From: Patescibacteria group bacterium
GTDB taxonomy: Bacteria; Patescibacteriota; Patescibacteriia; UBA9934
Assembly: GCA_041659765.1 (NCBI GenBank)
Contig: JBAZXR010000001.1
Coordinates: 44,537 to 108,536, forward strand
Reading direction: 5' to 3'
DNA: 64,000 nt
Each line of letters opens with the position of its first letter. The first letter of the stretch is position 1. The notes beneath the pieces are model-generated. The model made no database searches. It had not been told where the DNA came from and saw only the letters and a program-made list of their open reading frames with translations. Positions 48,796 to 58,191 of the stretch are shown piece by piece. The position numbers and the translations under genes were made by a program.

Positions 48796-49134
48796 ATGGC
48801 CGATAAAGAAAAGAAAACTGAAGGTGAGAAGGAGCAGCGGATTCGTATTAAGATCCGCGCCTATGACCACAAGGTCATTGATGCTGCCACGGTGACTATT
48901 ATCAAGACAGCGGAAAGAAGCGGGGCTAACGTGCTTGGTCCGGTGCCTCTGCCTACAGAACGCCGCCGCTACACGGTGAACCGTTCCACCTTCATTGATA
49001 AGCAGTCGCGTGATCAATATGAGATGCGTATCCATAAGCGTCTCATTGACATCATGAATCCTACGGAACGGACCATTGACGCTCTTATGAGCTTGAACCT
49101 TCCAGCCGGTGTCGACATCGAAATTAAAATGTAA
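48796..49134 (+). CDS. rpsJ: 30S ribosomal protein S10
   Basis: 112 aa; [11 protein letters not shown]. Confidence 0.95.
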   Translation: MADKEKKTEGEKEQRIRIKIRAYDHKVIDAATVTIIKTAERSGANVLGPVPLPTERRRYTVNRSTFIDKQSRDQYEMRIHKRLIDIMNPTERTIDALMSLNLPAGVDIEIKM

Positions 49135-49142
49135 CGTGCGCG

Positions 49143-49197
49143 TTCGGGATTGCGATCTCAGCATCAGCTCCGCTGGTACCGCGATCGCAATCTCGAA
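49143..49197. repeat. 15-bp stem hairpin (TTCGGGATTGCGATC / GATCGCAATCTCGAA) at the start of a 308-bp rpsJ-rplC spacer
   Basis: Read directly; one G-U/mismatch position; 25-nt loop. Confidence 0.55.
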
Positions 49198-49442
49198 CAA
49201 CCCCTCCTACAGTGAACCGGAAAGAAAGATCCTTTATTGGAAAACCTTCCCGACGCTTCATGCGGAGTTTGTGAGAGGAATTGCCTATTCACACCTGAAC
49301 AAATCAACCTGAATGTATTAGCTCATTCGAGCATTACTTCAGGCTATAGCCCCCAACTTCCTTTGTGGAGTGACGTGGCTGTAGTCTGTTTTTGTTCAAA
49401 ACGAACGTTCCGCCCACGGCTAACGTGGTGAACGATGATTCT

Positions 49443-50051
49443 ATGAAATATATCATTGGTACAAAACTCGAGATGACCCAGGCTTTCCGTCCGGACGGAT
49501 CGGCTGTGGCGGTGACTCTTATTTCTGCTGAGCCATGTACGGTGGCTCGTCTTGGAAAGGATGATTCAGGCCACTCCGTCGCCATCATTGGCGTCGGTAA
49601 GACCAAGCATCCGGCTAAGGCTCAAGCTAAGGAAGCGTTTGCACACATGCAGTCGCTTCGTCTCAAAGACGGCCAGACACTAGAAGTCGGTGCAGTCTTG
49701 TCCGTGAATGACTTTACCGTGGGCGACAAGATCACGGTCATTGGCACGAGTAAGGGCAAGGGCTTCCAAGGTGTGGTTAAGCGCCATGGATTCCATGGTC
49801 ACCCAACCACCCACGGTCACAAAGACCAGGTCCGTAAGTCTGGTTCCATCGGTGCGGGTGGCGTGCAGCGCGTGTTCAAGGGCATGCGCATGGCCGGCCG
49901 AATGGGTGGAGATCGGGTTACGGTGCAAAATCTTGAGGTCATCACCATTGATACAGAAAAGAACATTTTGGGTGTGATGGGCGCAGTTCCGGGCGCGCGC
50001 GGAGGTTCGATCACCATTCATGAAACTGACGGAAATGTATGGCACAAGTAA
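49443..50051 (+). CDS. rplC: 50S ribosomal protein L3
   Basis: Start set at MKYIIGTKLEMTQAF; L3 family. Confidence 0.9.
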   Translation: MKYIIGTKLEMTQAFRPDGSAVAVTLISAEPCTVARLGKDDSGHSVAIIGVGKTKHPAKAQAKEAFAHMQSLRLKDGQTLEVGAVLSVNDFTVGDKITVIGTSKGKGFQGVVKRHGFHGHPTTHGHKDQVRKSGSIGAGGVQRVFKGMRMAGRMGGDRVTVQNLEVITIDTEKNILGVMGAVPGARGGSITIHETDGNVWHK

Positions 50052-50671
50052 AATGCTACACCTGGGATGGTAAAGATGCAGGCACGGTCTCCGTGTCTGA
50101 CAAGCTTTTTGCTGTGACACCAAAGCTGTCTGTTATTCATGATGTCATCGTGGCACAGGATGCTAACAGCCGGGTCATTCATTCTCACGCTAAGGATCGC
50201 TCTGAGGTTCGCGGCGGTGGACGAAAGCCATGGAAGCAGAAGGGTACTGGTCGTGCTCGCCACGGTTCTTCACGCTCACCAATTTGGATTGGTGGAGGTG
50301 TGACCCATGGTCCGCAGAGTGACCAGAACTTCTCTTTGAAGATCAACAAGAAAACCAAGCGCTTGGCGATGGCTATGTTGTTGACGGATAAGATGAACGA
50401 CGGTGCCTTTGTAGCTTTGGAAAACTATGCACTTCCAGAAGGGAAGACAAAGTTCGCAAACCAGATGCGCAAGGCGCTTCCGGGGGCAGGTAAATCCGCT
50501 CTCGTACTCTTGACTGTTGGCGACGACGTTATGCTCCGCGCAGCCAAGAACTTGCCTAAGACAAAGACTATGTACGCCCACAGCTTGAACGCTCGTGATT
50601 TGGCTAAGTATGCTTTCGTCTTGGCTTCCAAGACCGCTATTGAGACTCTTGAACACACTTTTGCTCTCTAA
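50039..50671 (+). CDS. rplD: 50S ribosomal protein L4
   Basis: 210 aa L4 family. Confidence 0.9.
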   Translation: MAQVKCYTWDGKDAGTVSVSDKLFAVTPKLSVIHDVIVAQDANSRVIHSHAKDRSEVRGGGRKPWKQKGTGRARHGSSRSPIWIGGGVTHGPQSDQNFSLKINKKTKRLAMAMLLTDKMNDGAFVALENYALPEGKTKFANQMRKALPGAGKSALVLLTVGDDVMLRAAKNLPKTKTMYAHSLNARDLAKYAFVLASKTAIETLEHTFAL

Positions 50672-50672
50672 T

Positions 50673-51098
50673 ATGGCGATCTTCAAAAAGAAAACAGCAG
50701 TGCCAGTGGAAGCCGATGTGAAGACAGAGGCTCCGAAGGAGGTTAAGAAAACAGCTCCTAAGGCGAAGAAAGAAGAAAAGCGCGATGTACTTAAGGCACA
50801 GGGTGGTGCAGTTTCTGCTTTGGCCGCCCGGACGCTTTTGGCTCCGCTCGTAACGGAGAAGACGGCACATTTGGCTGATGCTGGTGTTTACGCTTTCCGT
50901 GTTCCGCTTAATGCTAATCGTGTAGCTGTACGCGCTGCTTTTAAGGAGCTGTACAAAGTGGCACCAGCTAACGTGAATATCATGCGTGTGCACGGTAAGG
51001 AATCTAAGTCTGGACGTTTCGCTTCTCGGGCTTCAGATTGGAAGAAAGCTATGATCACTCTTCCAGCTGGTTCTCGGGTAGACATTTTTGCGCTCTAG
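50673..51098 (+). CDS. rplW: 50S ribosomal protein L23 (with Lys-rich N-terminal extension)
   Basis: ATG 1 nt after the rplD stop; L23 core preceded by a KKKTAVPVEADVKTEAPKEVKKTAPKAKKEEK extension. Confidence 0.9.
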   Translation: MAIFKKKTAVPVEADVKTEAPKEVKKTAPKAKKEEKRDVLKAQGGAVSALAARTLLAPLVTEKTAHLADAGVYAFRVPLNANRVAVRAAFKELYKVAPANVNIMRVHGKESKSGRFASRASDWKKAMITLPAGSRVDIFAL

Positions 51099-51099
51099 T

Positions 51100-51948
51100 A
51101 TGCCAATCACCAACTATAAACCAACAACTGCAGCTCGCCGGAAGTCCAGCGTGCAGTCATTCAAAGACGTCACGAGCTCAACGCCCCTGAAGTCACTTTT
51201 GAAGTCCCGCAAGGAACAGGCTGGCCGCGGTGCCGGTGGTAAGATCACCGTTCGTCATCGTGGCGGTGGTGGACGTACGCACGTTCGCGTGATTGACTGG
51301 AAATTTGATCGCTTGAATATTCCAGCCAAGGTCCAGACCATTGAATACGATCCAAACCGCGGTGCTCGTTTGGCGCTTCTGGCCTATGCCGATGGTTTGC
51401 GCGTTTACGTTCTTGCTCCACACGGTCTGACAGTCGGGATGACCGTAGTATCTAGCAAAGAGAAGGGCGAGCCGTCCGTTGGCAACCGTTTCCCGCTTGA
51501 AAAAATTCCAGTCGGTATGCAGGTTCATAACATTGAACTTCAGCCAGGCGGAGGCGGACAGATTGTCCGTGGTGCCGGTACGTCAGCTGAGCTCCTCGCT
51601 ATTGAGGGAGATCACGCGACGCTCCGCTTGCCTTCCGGCGAAGTTCGCCGAGTACTAAAGGTTTGCATGGCGACCATTGGTACTGTTTCTAACCCAGATT
51701 GGAGCTTGGTGCGCTGGGGCAAGGCTGGTCGTACGCGTTGGCGCGGTATTCGCCCAACCGTTCGTGGTAAAGCCATGAACCCGGTTGATCACCCACACGG
51801 TGGAGGTGAAGCTAGAAACTCTATTGGTCTCAAGCATCCGAAGACGCCAACCGGTAAGCCGGCCCTCGGAGTGAAGACTCGCAAAGAGCAGGCTTCAGAC
51901 AGAATGATTGTCCGCCGTCGGAATCACGATAAGAATCGCGCAGTGTAA
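51100..51948 (+). CDS. rplB: 50S ribosomal protein L2
   Basis: MPITNYKPTTAARR...; L2 family. Confidence 0.95.
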   Translation: MPITNYKPTTAARRKSSVQSFKDVTSSTPLKSLLKSRKEQAGRGAGGKITVRHRGGGGRTHVRVIDWKFDRLNIPAKVQTIEYDPNRGARLALLAYADGLRVYVLAPHGLTVGMTVVSSKEKGEPSVGNRFPLEKIPVGMQVHNIELQPGGGGQIVRGAGTSAELLAIEGDHATLRLPSGEVRRVLKVCMATIGTVSNPDWSLVRWGKAGRTRWRGIRPTVRGKAMNPVDHPHGGGEARNSIGLKHPKTPTGKPALGVKTRKEQASDRMIVRRRNHDKNRAV

Positions 51949-51954
51949 ACCCCT

Positions 51955-52284
51955 ATGACCCGAAGTCTAAAAAAAGGCCCGTTCGTAGCCGACCACCTTC
52001 AGAAGAAGGTGGACAAGCTTCGCCCAGGAGATAAGACGGTCGTGAAGACCTGGTCTCGCTCCTCCACCATCACTCCACAGATGGTTGGGTTTACGTTTGC
52101 TGTGCACAACGGTAAGGATTTCATTCAGGTGCGAGTTGTTGAAAACATGGTCGGCCACAAGCTAGGCGAGTTTTCTCCAACGCGTAAGTTTGTTCGCCAC
52201 GCTGGCAAGATGGTTGCTGCTGAAGCAGCACCAGCTCCGGCCGCGGCCGCTGCCCCGGCAGCAGCTAAGAAGATCAGCCGATAA
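51955..52284 (+). CDS. rpsS: 30S ribosomal protein S19 (Ala/Pro-rich C-terminal tail)
   Basis: SLKKGPFV...; C-terminal [19 protein letters not shown] tail. Confidence 0.95.
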   Translation: MTRSLKKGPFVADHLQKKVDKLRPGDKTVVKTWSRSSTITPQMVGFTFAVHNGKDFIQVRVVENMVGHKLGEFSPTRKFVRHAGKMVAAEAAPAPAAAAAPAAAKKISR

Positions 52285-52292
52285 ATTGCCAT

Positions 52293-52694
52293 ATGGAAGC
52301 TATCAGCAAAGCAAAATTTATCCGCATCGCTCCTCGAAAGTCTCGCCTGGTGGTGAGCCTCATTCGGGGGATGTCTATCGGCGCTGCTCGCCGCCAGCTT
52401 ATGGTGTCTGACAAACTCGCGGCGACGCCAGTTTTAAAGGCGCTGAATTCGGCCATTGCCAACGCCGTGAACAACCTCAAGATGGATGAATCCACCCTGG
52501 TTGTTTCTAAGGCGTACGTGGATGAGGGGCCGAAGATTAAGCGTTCCACGCCCCGCGCGCAGGGTCGGGCTACACCGATTCGCCTCCGTATGTCGCACAT
52601 CACCATTGCGGTCTCTGGACCGGATGAAGCGACGAAGGTGAAAAAAGTGACGGCGAAGAAATCTGTAGTAAAAGCTCAAACGACAACCGCCTAA
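52293..52694 (+). CDS. rplV: 50S ribosomal protein L22
   Basis: 133 aa L22 family. Confidence 0.95.
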   Translation: MEAISKAKFIRIAPRKSRLVVSLIRGMSIGAARRQLMVSDKLAATPVLKALNSAIANAVNNLKMDESTLVVSKAYVDEGPKIKRSTPRAQGRATPIRLRMSHITIAVSGPDEATKVKKVTAKKSVVKAQTTTA

Positions 52695-52695
52695 T

Positions 52696-53430
52696 ATGGG
52701 TCACAAAGTCCATCCAAAAGCATTCCGTCTCGCCACCATTTACACTTGGGATTCCAAGTGGTTTGCCCGTGGCGGACAATTTATTTCTCAACTGAAAGAA
52801 GACGTTGAGCTCCGCGAATTCCTCCGCAAAGAACTGAAGGAAGCCGGTCTGAACGATGTCGGTATTGAGCGTACGCCGAAACAGTTGACCATCACGGTCC
52901 ATGTTGCAAAACCAGGTTTCGTGATTGGCCGTTCCGGTGCCGGCATTGAGGATCTAAAGAAGAAGATCATGAAGGCCTTCTTCCGCGGTCGCCGGGTCAC
53001 GCTGAACATCAACGCGACTGAGGTTTCTCGCCCGTCTCTTTATTCACAGATTATTGGCGAACAGATCGCTCAGGACATTGAACGCCGTCTCCCGTTCCGT
53101 CGGTCCATGAAAATGGCCATTGAACGCGTCATGAAGGGCGGAGCCAAGGGAGTTAAGATGACCCTGTCCGGACGTTTGAACGGAGCAGAAATCGCTCGTA
53201 CGGAAACGCTGTCCCAGGGTTCTATCCCGCTTCATAACTTGCGCGCCGACATTGACTTCGCTCGCGTGCGAGCGAACACGGTTTACGGTGTCATTGGTAT
53301 CAAAGTGTGGGTTTACCGCGGCGATGTTTTTGAAAAGGATAAGGCCGCTGAAGCTACCCAGTCCGCAGAAACGGCTCCGGAAGCCTCAAAACGTGCAGCT
53401 CCTACTCGCTACCGCGCACCTCGCGCCTAA
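52696..53430 (+). CDS. rpsC: 30S ribosomal protein S3
   Basis: MGHKVHPKAFRL; KH domain. Confidence 0.95.
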   Translation: MGHKVHPKAFRLATIYTWDSKWFARGGQFISQLKEDVELREFLRKELKEAGLNDVGIERTPKQLTITVHVAKPGFVIGRSGAGIEDLKKKIMKAFFRGRRVTLNINATEVSRPSLYSQIIGEQIAQDIERRLPFRRSMKMAIERVMKGGAKGVKMTLSGRLNGAEIARTETLSQGSIPLHNLRADIDFARVRANTVYGVIGIKVWVYRGDVFEKDKAAEATQSAETAPEASKRAAPTRYRAPRA

Positions 53431-53443
53431 CTGACCCTGTCCT

Positions 53444-53854
53444 ATGCTACTCCCCAAAAAAATGAAATATAGAAAGTGGCAAAAGCGACGCACCGCTGGT
53501 GATCGCGTTGCCACCCAGAAAACGGACGTTGCTTTCGGCTCCTTTGGCTTAAAAGCTATTACGGAGGCCTGGGTAACGGCTCGCCAGATTGAAGCTGCCC
53601 GCCGCGCGATGACGCGTGCGATTAAGCGCGGTGGAAAAATTTGGATCCGTATTTTTCCTGACCATCCGGTCACTAACCATGGCGCAGAAGCTCCGATGGG
53701 TAAGGGAAAGGGTGGAGTGGACTACTACATGGTTCCTGTCCGCGCCGGCACTGTCATGTTTGAGATGGACGGGGTGACGCCTGAGGTAGCTAAAGAGGCT
53801 TTCCGTCTGGCAGCTTACAAGCTCCCGGTTAAGACAAAGATTATTTCCCGCTAA
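53444..53854 (+). CDS. rplP: 50S ribosomal protein L16
   Basis: [14 protein letters not shown]. Confidence 0.95.
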   Translation: MLLPKKMKYRKWQKRRTAGDRVATQKTDVAFGSFGLKAITEAWVTARQIEAARRAMTRAIKRGGKIWIRIFPDHPVTNHGAEAPMGKGKGGVDYYMVPVRAGTVMFEMDGVTPEVAKEAFRLAAYKLPVKTKIISR

Positions 53855-53855
53855 T

Positions 53856-54044
53856 ATGCGCTATAAAGAACTTGACGGTAAAACCGAAAAAGAGCTCCAG
53901 GCGCTAATGGCGGAGGGGAGAGCCAGAATCCACGCGCTCAGATTGAGCCGTTCCATGAACCAGCTAAAAGGCGTGCGGGAAATCAGACAGGTTAGAAAAG
54001 ATACGGCTCGCATGATGACCAAGTTGTCCGCTTTGAAGAAGTAA
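53856..54044 (+). CDS. rpmC: 50S ribosomal protein L29
   Basis: 62 aa L29 family. Confidence 0.9.
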   Translation: MRYKELDGKTEKELQALMAEGRARIHALRLSRSMNQLKGVREIRQVRKDTARMMTKLSALKK

Positions 54045-54045
54045 T

Positions 54046-54300
54046 ATGCCTAACGAAACCAAAAAAATCACCCGCCGCCGCTTGATCGGTACGGTCGTCT
54101 CTACTAAGATGATGAAAACCGTATCCGTTCGAGTTGACCGCACCGTGATCCATCCTAAGTACGGTAAGCGCTACGCTGTGAGCGCTAAGTACTTGGCGCA
54201 CAACGAATCTCCAGACATCCAGGCTGGTGATAAGGTTGTGATTGAAGAAACCAGACCACTGTCTGCGCTTAAGCGCTGGAGAGTAGTCAGTAAAGCCTAA
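54046..54300 (+). CDS. rpsQ: 30S ribosomal protein S17
   Basis: 84 aa S17 family. Confidence 0.9.
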   Translation: MPNETKKITRRRLIGTVVSTKMMKTVSVRVDRTVIHPKYGKRYAVSAKYLAHNESPDIQAGDKVVIEETRPLSALKRWRVVSKA

Positions 54301-54305
54301 GCCCT

Positions 54306-54677
54306 ATGTTGCAACACCGATCAATGATCGCCGTGGCTGACAACAGCGGCGCCAAAAAGCTCCAGGTCATTCGTGTCCTGGGTGGCTACAAGAAGCGTTA
54401 TGCCCGTTTGGGCGACGTCGTGACTGCTGTCGTGAAGGTCGCTGACCCGCACAACCCAGTCAAAAAGAGCGACGTAGTGCACGCGGTGATTGTCCGCTCA
54501 CGCAAAGAAGTACGCCGTGAAGACGGCTCCTACATCCGCTTTGATGAGAACGCAGCTGTTCTGATCAATCGTGAAACAGGAGATCCTCGCGGAACACGTA
54601 TCTTTGGACCAGTGGCTCGCGAGTTGCGCGCTGGTGGTTTCACTAAAATTGTGTCCTTGGCCCCTGAAGTCCTCTAA
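54306..54677 (+). CDS. rplN: 50S ribosomal protein L14
   Basis: [11 protein letters not shown]. Confidence 0.95.
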   Translation: MLQHRSMIAVADNSGAKKLQVIRVLGGYKKRYARLGDVVTAVVKVADPHNPVKKSDVVHAVIVRSRKEVRREDGSYIRFDENAAVLINRETGDPRGTRIFGPVARELRAGGFTKIVSLAPEVL

Positions 54678-54687
54678 TCCATCTACT

Positions 54688-55020
54688 ATGAAAATCAAAA
54701 CAGGCGACATGGTTCGCGTCATGGTAGGGAAGGATAAGGGTAAAGAAGGCAAAGTGACTCAGACGTTTCCAGAACTTGGTCTGGTGGTAGTAGAGGGCGT
54801 GCGCCTCACGGTCAAGCACATCTCGCCTAAGCGGATGAAGCAGCAGGCGGGGGCAGCTAAACCAGAAGGACAGAAGGTGACTTACAGCGCTCCGATCCGA
54901 GTAGAGAACGTGGCGGTGGTGTCTGGCGGTACGGTTGGTCGGGTTGGCTACAAAGTGACGGAAGGCGGTCAGAAGACACGCGTCCTTCACTCAAAGAAAT
55001 CGGTCAAAGACATTGGCTAA
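54688..55020 (+). CDS. rplX: 50S ribosomal protein L24
   Basis: MKIKTGDMVRVMVGKDKGKEGKV (KOW motif). Confidence 0.9.
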   Translation: MKIKTGDMVRVMVGKDKGKEGKVTQTFPELGLVVVEGVRLTVKHISPKRMKQQAGAAKPEGQKVTYSAPIRVENVAVVSGGTVGRVGYKVTEGGQKTRVLHSKKSVKDIG

Positions 55021-55022
55021 TT

Positions 55023-55580
55023 ATGCAAACTCTTAAGGAACAATTTACGACCGTAGTTCAGCCGGCTCTCCGCCAGGAGTTTGGTTTGACTAACGTTCAC
55101 GAAACCCCAACCATCTTGAAAGTGACGCTGAATGCCGGCTTTGGCAAAGGCAAGGATGCGAAGTTTTCTGATGTGGTGGTAGACACTTTCCGTCGTATCA
55201 CTGGCCAGCAGCCAGTCAAAACCAAGGCCCGCAAGTCCATTGCTGGATTCAAGGTTAGAGAAGGTATGGTGGTTGGCGTGACAGTTACCCTGCGCGGTAA
55301 GAAGATGTGGGACTTCTTAGAGAAGCTGTCTCGCGTGTCATTCGCTCGTATTCGTGACTTCCGAGGTATCCCGGAATCGGCGGTAGATAAGGATGGAAAC
55401 TTCAACTTCGGCATGAATGAACACACGTCGTTCCCGGAGATTCTGCCAGATGAAGTAGAATCACTGCACGGTCTCCAGATCACGATCACTACTACCGCCA
55501 AGAATCATGCGGAAGGAGTAGCGCTCATGAGGGGCCTCGGGTTCCCATTTGCTACGAAAGAGAAAATCAGCCGAGCCTAA
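55023..55580 (+). CDS. rplE: 50S ribosomal protein L5
   Basis: 185 aa L5 family. Confidence 0.95.
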   Translation: MQTLKEQFTTVVQPALRQEFGLTNVHETPTILKVTLNAGFGKGKDAKFSDVVVDTFRRITGQQPVKTKARKSIAGFKVREGMVVGVTVTLRGKKMWDFLEKLSRVSFARIRDFRGIPESAVDKDGNFNFGMNEHTSFPEILPDEVESLHGLQITITTTAKNHAEGVALMRGLGFPFATKEKISRA

Positions 55581-55583
55581 CCT

Positions 55584-55769
55584 ATGGCAACAACGAACCA
55601 AATTGCTAAGTCCAAGAAGACGCCTAAGTTCATGACCCGCCACGTACTACGGTGCTGGCGCTGTGGCCGAAAGCGTTTCTTCATGCGGGACTTCGGCTTG
55701 TGCCGCATCTGTTTCCGTGAACTTGCAAACGTGGGCGAGATCCCAGGCATTCGGAAAGCTAGCTGGTAA
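55584..55769 (+). CDS. rpsZ: 30S ribosomal protein S14 type Z (zinc-binding)
   Basis: 61 aa; CWRCGRKRFFMRDFGLCRICFRE. Confidence 0.9.
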   Translation: MATTNQIAKSKKTPKFMTRHVLRCWRCGRKRFFMRDFGLCRICFRELANVGEIPGIRKASW

Positions 55770-55774
55770 TCCTA

Positions 55775-56169
55775 TGATGACAGACCCAATCTCAGACATG
55801 CTCACCCGCATCCGCAACGCCGCCATGGTGAAAGCGGAGGTGGTCACCATGCCCCTCTCACAAATGAAATTCGCTTTGGCGAAGATTCTAGAGAGCGAGG
55901 GCTTCCTTCAGGCTGTCAGCCGGGAGGAGCAGGGCGGACGCCCCATCTTGAAGGTGGAGCTTCGCTATGAACCGAATGGTTCACCCCGCGTCTCGGACTT
56001 GAAGCGCATTAGTAAGCCAGGCCGCCGTGTTTATGTGAAGGCGACTGAGCTGACTCGTGTCCGTTCAGGTTTTGGTATTGCGATTCTTTCAACCCCGAAC
56101 GGACTCATGACGAGCGACGAGGCAAAGAAACGGCATTTGGGCGGAGAACTTATTTGCGAAATTTACTAA
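55775..56169 (+). CDS. rpsH: 30S ribosomal protein S8
   Basis: MMTDPISDMLTRIRNA. Confidence 0.95.
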
Positions 56170-56170
56170 T

Positions 56171-56728
56171 ATGTCGCGAATCGGCAAAAAACCAGTTTTC
56201 CTCCCCGCCGGTGTAACCGCGGAGATCGCAAACGATAAAGTTACTGTAAAGGGTCCAAAGGGGGCTTTGACCTTGGCTCTTCACGCTCACGCTCACGTGG
56301 CCCAGTCTGCTGATAGCACTGGCATGGCTCAGCTTGATGTTACGGTGAATGATCCGGAGAATGACGACCGAGCCATCTGGGGTACCATGCGCGCACTTCT
56401 GAATAAGATGGTGAAGGGCGTGACTGAAGGCTACGCTAAGACACTCGAGCTCAATGGAGTTGGTTTCAAGATGAACTTGAAAGGCAAGGGACTCCTCATG
56501 TCACTTGGCTTCTCCCATGACGTAGAATACGAATTGCCAGAAGGCGTCGTAGCTAAGATCGAGGGGAACGTTCTGACGCTGTCCGGCATTGACGCGGAGG
56601 CAGTCGGTCGAGCAGCGGCAGAGATTCGCTCGCTCAAGAAGCCGGAACCATATAAAGGAAAAGGCTTTAAGTACTCTGACGAAGTGATTCGTCGTAAGGC
56701 TGGAAAGGCTGCGAAGAGCGAGAAATAA
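56171..56728 (+). CDS. rplF: 50S ribosomal protein L6
   Basis: MSRIGKKPV. Confidence 0.95.
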   Translation: MSRIGKKPVFLPAGVTAEIANDKVTVKGPKGALTLALHAHAHVAQSADSTGMAQLDVTVNDPENDDRAIWGTMRALLNKMVKGVTEGYAKTLELNGVGFKMNLKGKGLLMSLGFSHDVEYELPEGVVAKIEGNVLTLSGIDAEAVGRAAAEIRSLKKPEPYKGKGFKYSDEVIRRKAGKAAKSEK

Positions 56729-56732
56729 GCAT

Positions 56733-57092
56733 ATGACCCCAAAGAACATCCAAAAAAAGCGTGCACAGGCTGAACGCCGCGCTATCCGCACTCGCGCTAA
56801 GATCTCCGGAACCACGGAGCGACCGCGCTTGTCTATCTTCCGATCTTCTAAGCACATGAGTGCTCAGGTTATTGATGATACAAAGGGCAAGACTTTGGCC
56901 TCTGCTTCTGATCTGAAGATGGATGCCAAGAAGACAGGCCTGGAATTAGCGGCGATGGTTGGCCAGGAAGTGGCCGCCAAAGCCAAGGCTGCCGGCATCA
57001 CGAAAGTCGTTTTTGATAAAGGCCAATTCCGTTTCCACGGGCGCGTAAAGGCGCTCGCTGAGGCGGCTCGTGAAGGCGGACTTGTATTCTAA
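56733..57092 (+). CDS. rplR: 50S ribosomal protein L18
   Basis: 119 aa L18 family. Confidence 0.9.
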   Translation: MTPKNIQKKRAQAERRAIRTRAKISGTTERPRLSIFRSSKHMSAQVIDDTKGKTLASASDLKMDAKKTGLELAAMVGQEVAAKAKAAGITKVVFDKGQFRFHGRVKALAEAAREGGLVF

Positions 57093-57096
57093 TCCT

Positions 57097-57747
57097 ATGG
57101 AAGAACCAACAAAAATTGTTACTCCAGTAGTTGCTCCGGCTCCTGCCGGACAAGCTCCTCGCACGACTGATCGTCGCGGACCTCCGCAGCGCGGTGGTGC
57201 TGGTGCTGGCCGTGGTGGTCAGGGTCAAGGTGGTCGGGGCGGAGATAGCCGCGGACGCGGACCTCGCACCGGTGGCCGCCCAGAACGTGAACCACGCGAA
57301 TTCGAGCAGAAGATTCTAGAACTTGTTCGCGTTACTCGCGTGACCAAGGGCGGTAAACGCATGCGTTTCCGCGCCTCTATTATCATCGGCGACCGTCGTG
57401 GTCGGGTGGGCTTTGGCGTAGCAAAGGGTGTTGACGTGGCTATGTCTGTAGAGAAAGCTTTCCGTCAGGCTAAGAAGAACATGATCACAGTGCCGCTCGT
57501 CAACGAGACTATTCCGCACGAGGTATATAGCAAGTACGCCGCAGCTAAAGTGCTTTTGAAGCCAGCACCTAAGGGTACTGGACTCAAGAGCGGCGGCCCG
57601 ACCCGCATGGTGCTTGAACTGGCTGGTGTTCCGAACGCAGTTTCTAAGCTTCTTGGAGCCAAGAACAAGATCAACAGTGCTAAGGCCACCTTCTTGGCAC
57701 TCAGTGCTTTGAAAATGCCTCTGCCAAAGGAGAACGCAAAGAAATAA
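57097..57747 (+). CDS. rpsE: 30S ribosomal protein S5 with ~75-aa Arg/Gly-rich (RGG-type) N-terminal extension
   Basis: S5 core (ELVRVTRVTKGGKRMRF) preceded by PPQRGGAGAGRGGQGQGGRGGDSRGRGPRTGGRPE. Confidence 0.9.
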   Translation: MEEPTKIVTPVVAPAPAGQAPRTTDRRGPPQRGGAGAGRGGQGQGGRGGDSRGRGPRTGGRPEREPREFEQKILELVRVTRVTKGGKRMRFRASIIIGDRRGRVGFGVAKGVDVAMSVEKAFRQAKKNMITVPLVNETIPHEVYSKYAAAKVLLKPAPKGTGLKSGGPTRMVLELAGVPNAVSKLLGAKNKINSAKATFLALSALKMPLPKENAKK

Positions 57748-57748
57748 T

Positions 57749-58183
57749 ATGGCAATTACTCTATCTAATTTACGCTCAGCTAAGGGTGCTCGCGCCCTGC
57801 CTAAGCGTGTAGGCCGCGGTCTTGGTTCTAAGGGAACCACCGCCGGTCGTGGTCAGAAAGGTCAAAGCTCTCGCTCCGGCGTGGGTGGACTTAAGCGTCT
57901 TGGTATGCGCCACACGCTGTTGGCCACTCCAAAGAAGCGTGGCTTCACGTCTTTGAGCGAAAAGCTGGTGTCTGTGAATATCGGCGAGCTCGAGAAGAAA
58001 ACAATTGCTAATGAAGTAGTTACTCCAAAGACACTCGTGGCTAAGGGATTGATTCCGAAGGGTTCTCACGCAGCTAAGATCCTGGGCGGTGGTGAGTTGA
58101 CGCACGCGATTGTGGTCAAGAACTGCGAGGTTTCAAAATCCGCAGCCGAGATGATCGCGAAGTTGGGCGGAAAGATTGAGTAA
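57749..58183 (+). CDS. rplO: 50S ribosomal protein L15 (directly follows rpsE; no rpmD/L30 gene)
   Basis: LSNLRSAKGARALPKRVGRGLGSKGTTAGRGQKGQ. Confidence 0.95.
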   Translation: MAITLSNLRSAKGARALPKRVGRGLGSKGTTAGRGQKGQSSRSGVGGLKRLGMRHTLLATPKKRGFTSLSEKLVSVNIGELEKKTIANEVVTPKTLVAKGLIPKGSHAAKILGGGELTHAIVVKNCEVSKSAAEMIAKLGGKIE

Positions 58184-58191
58184 CCATTCTT

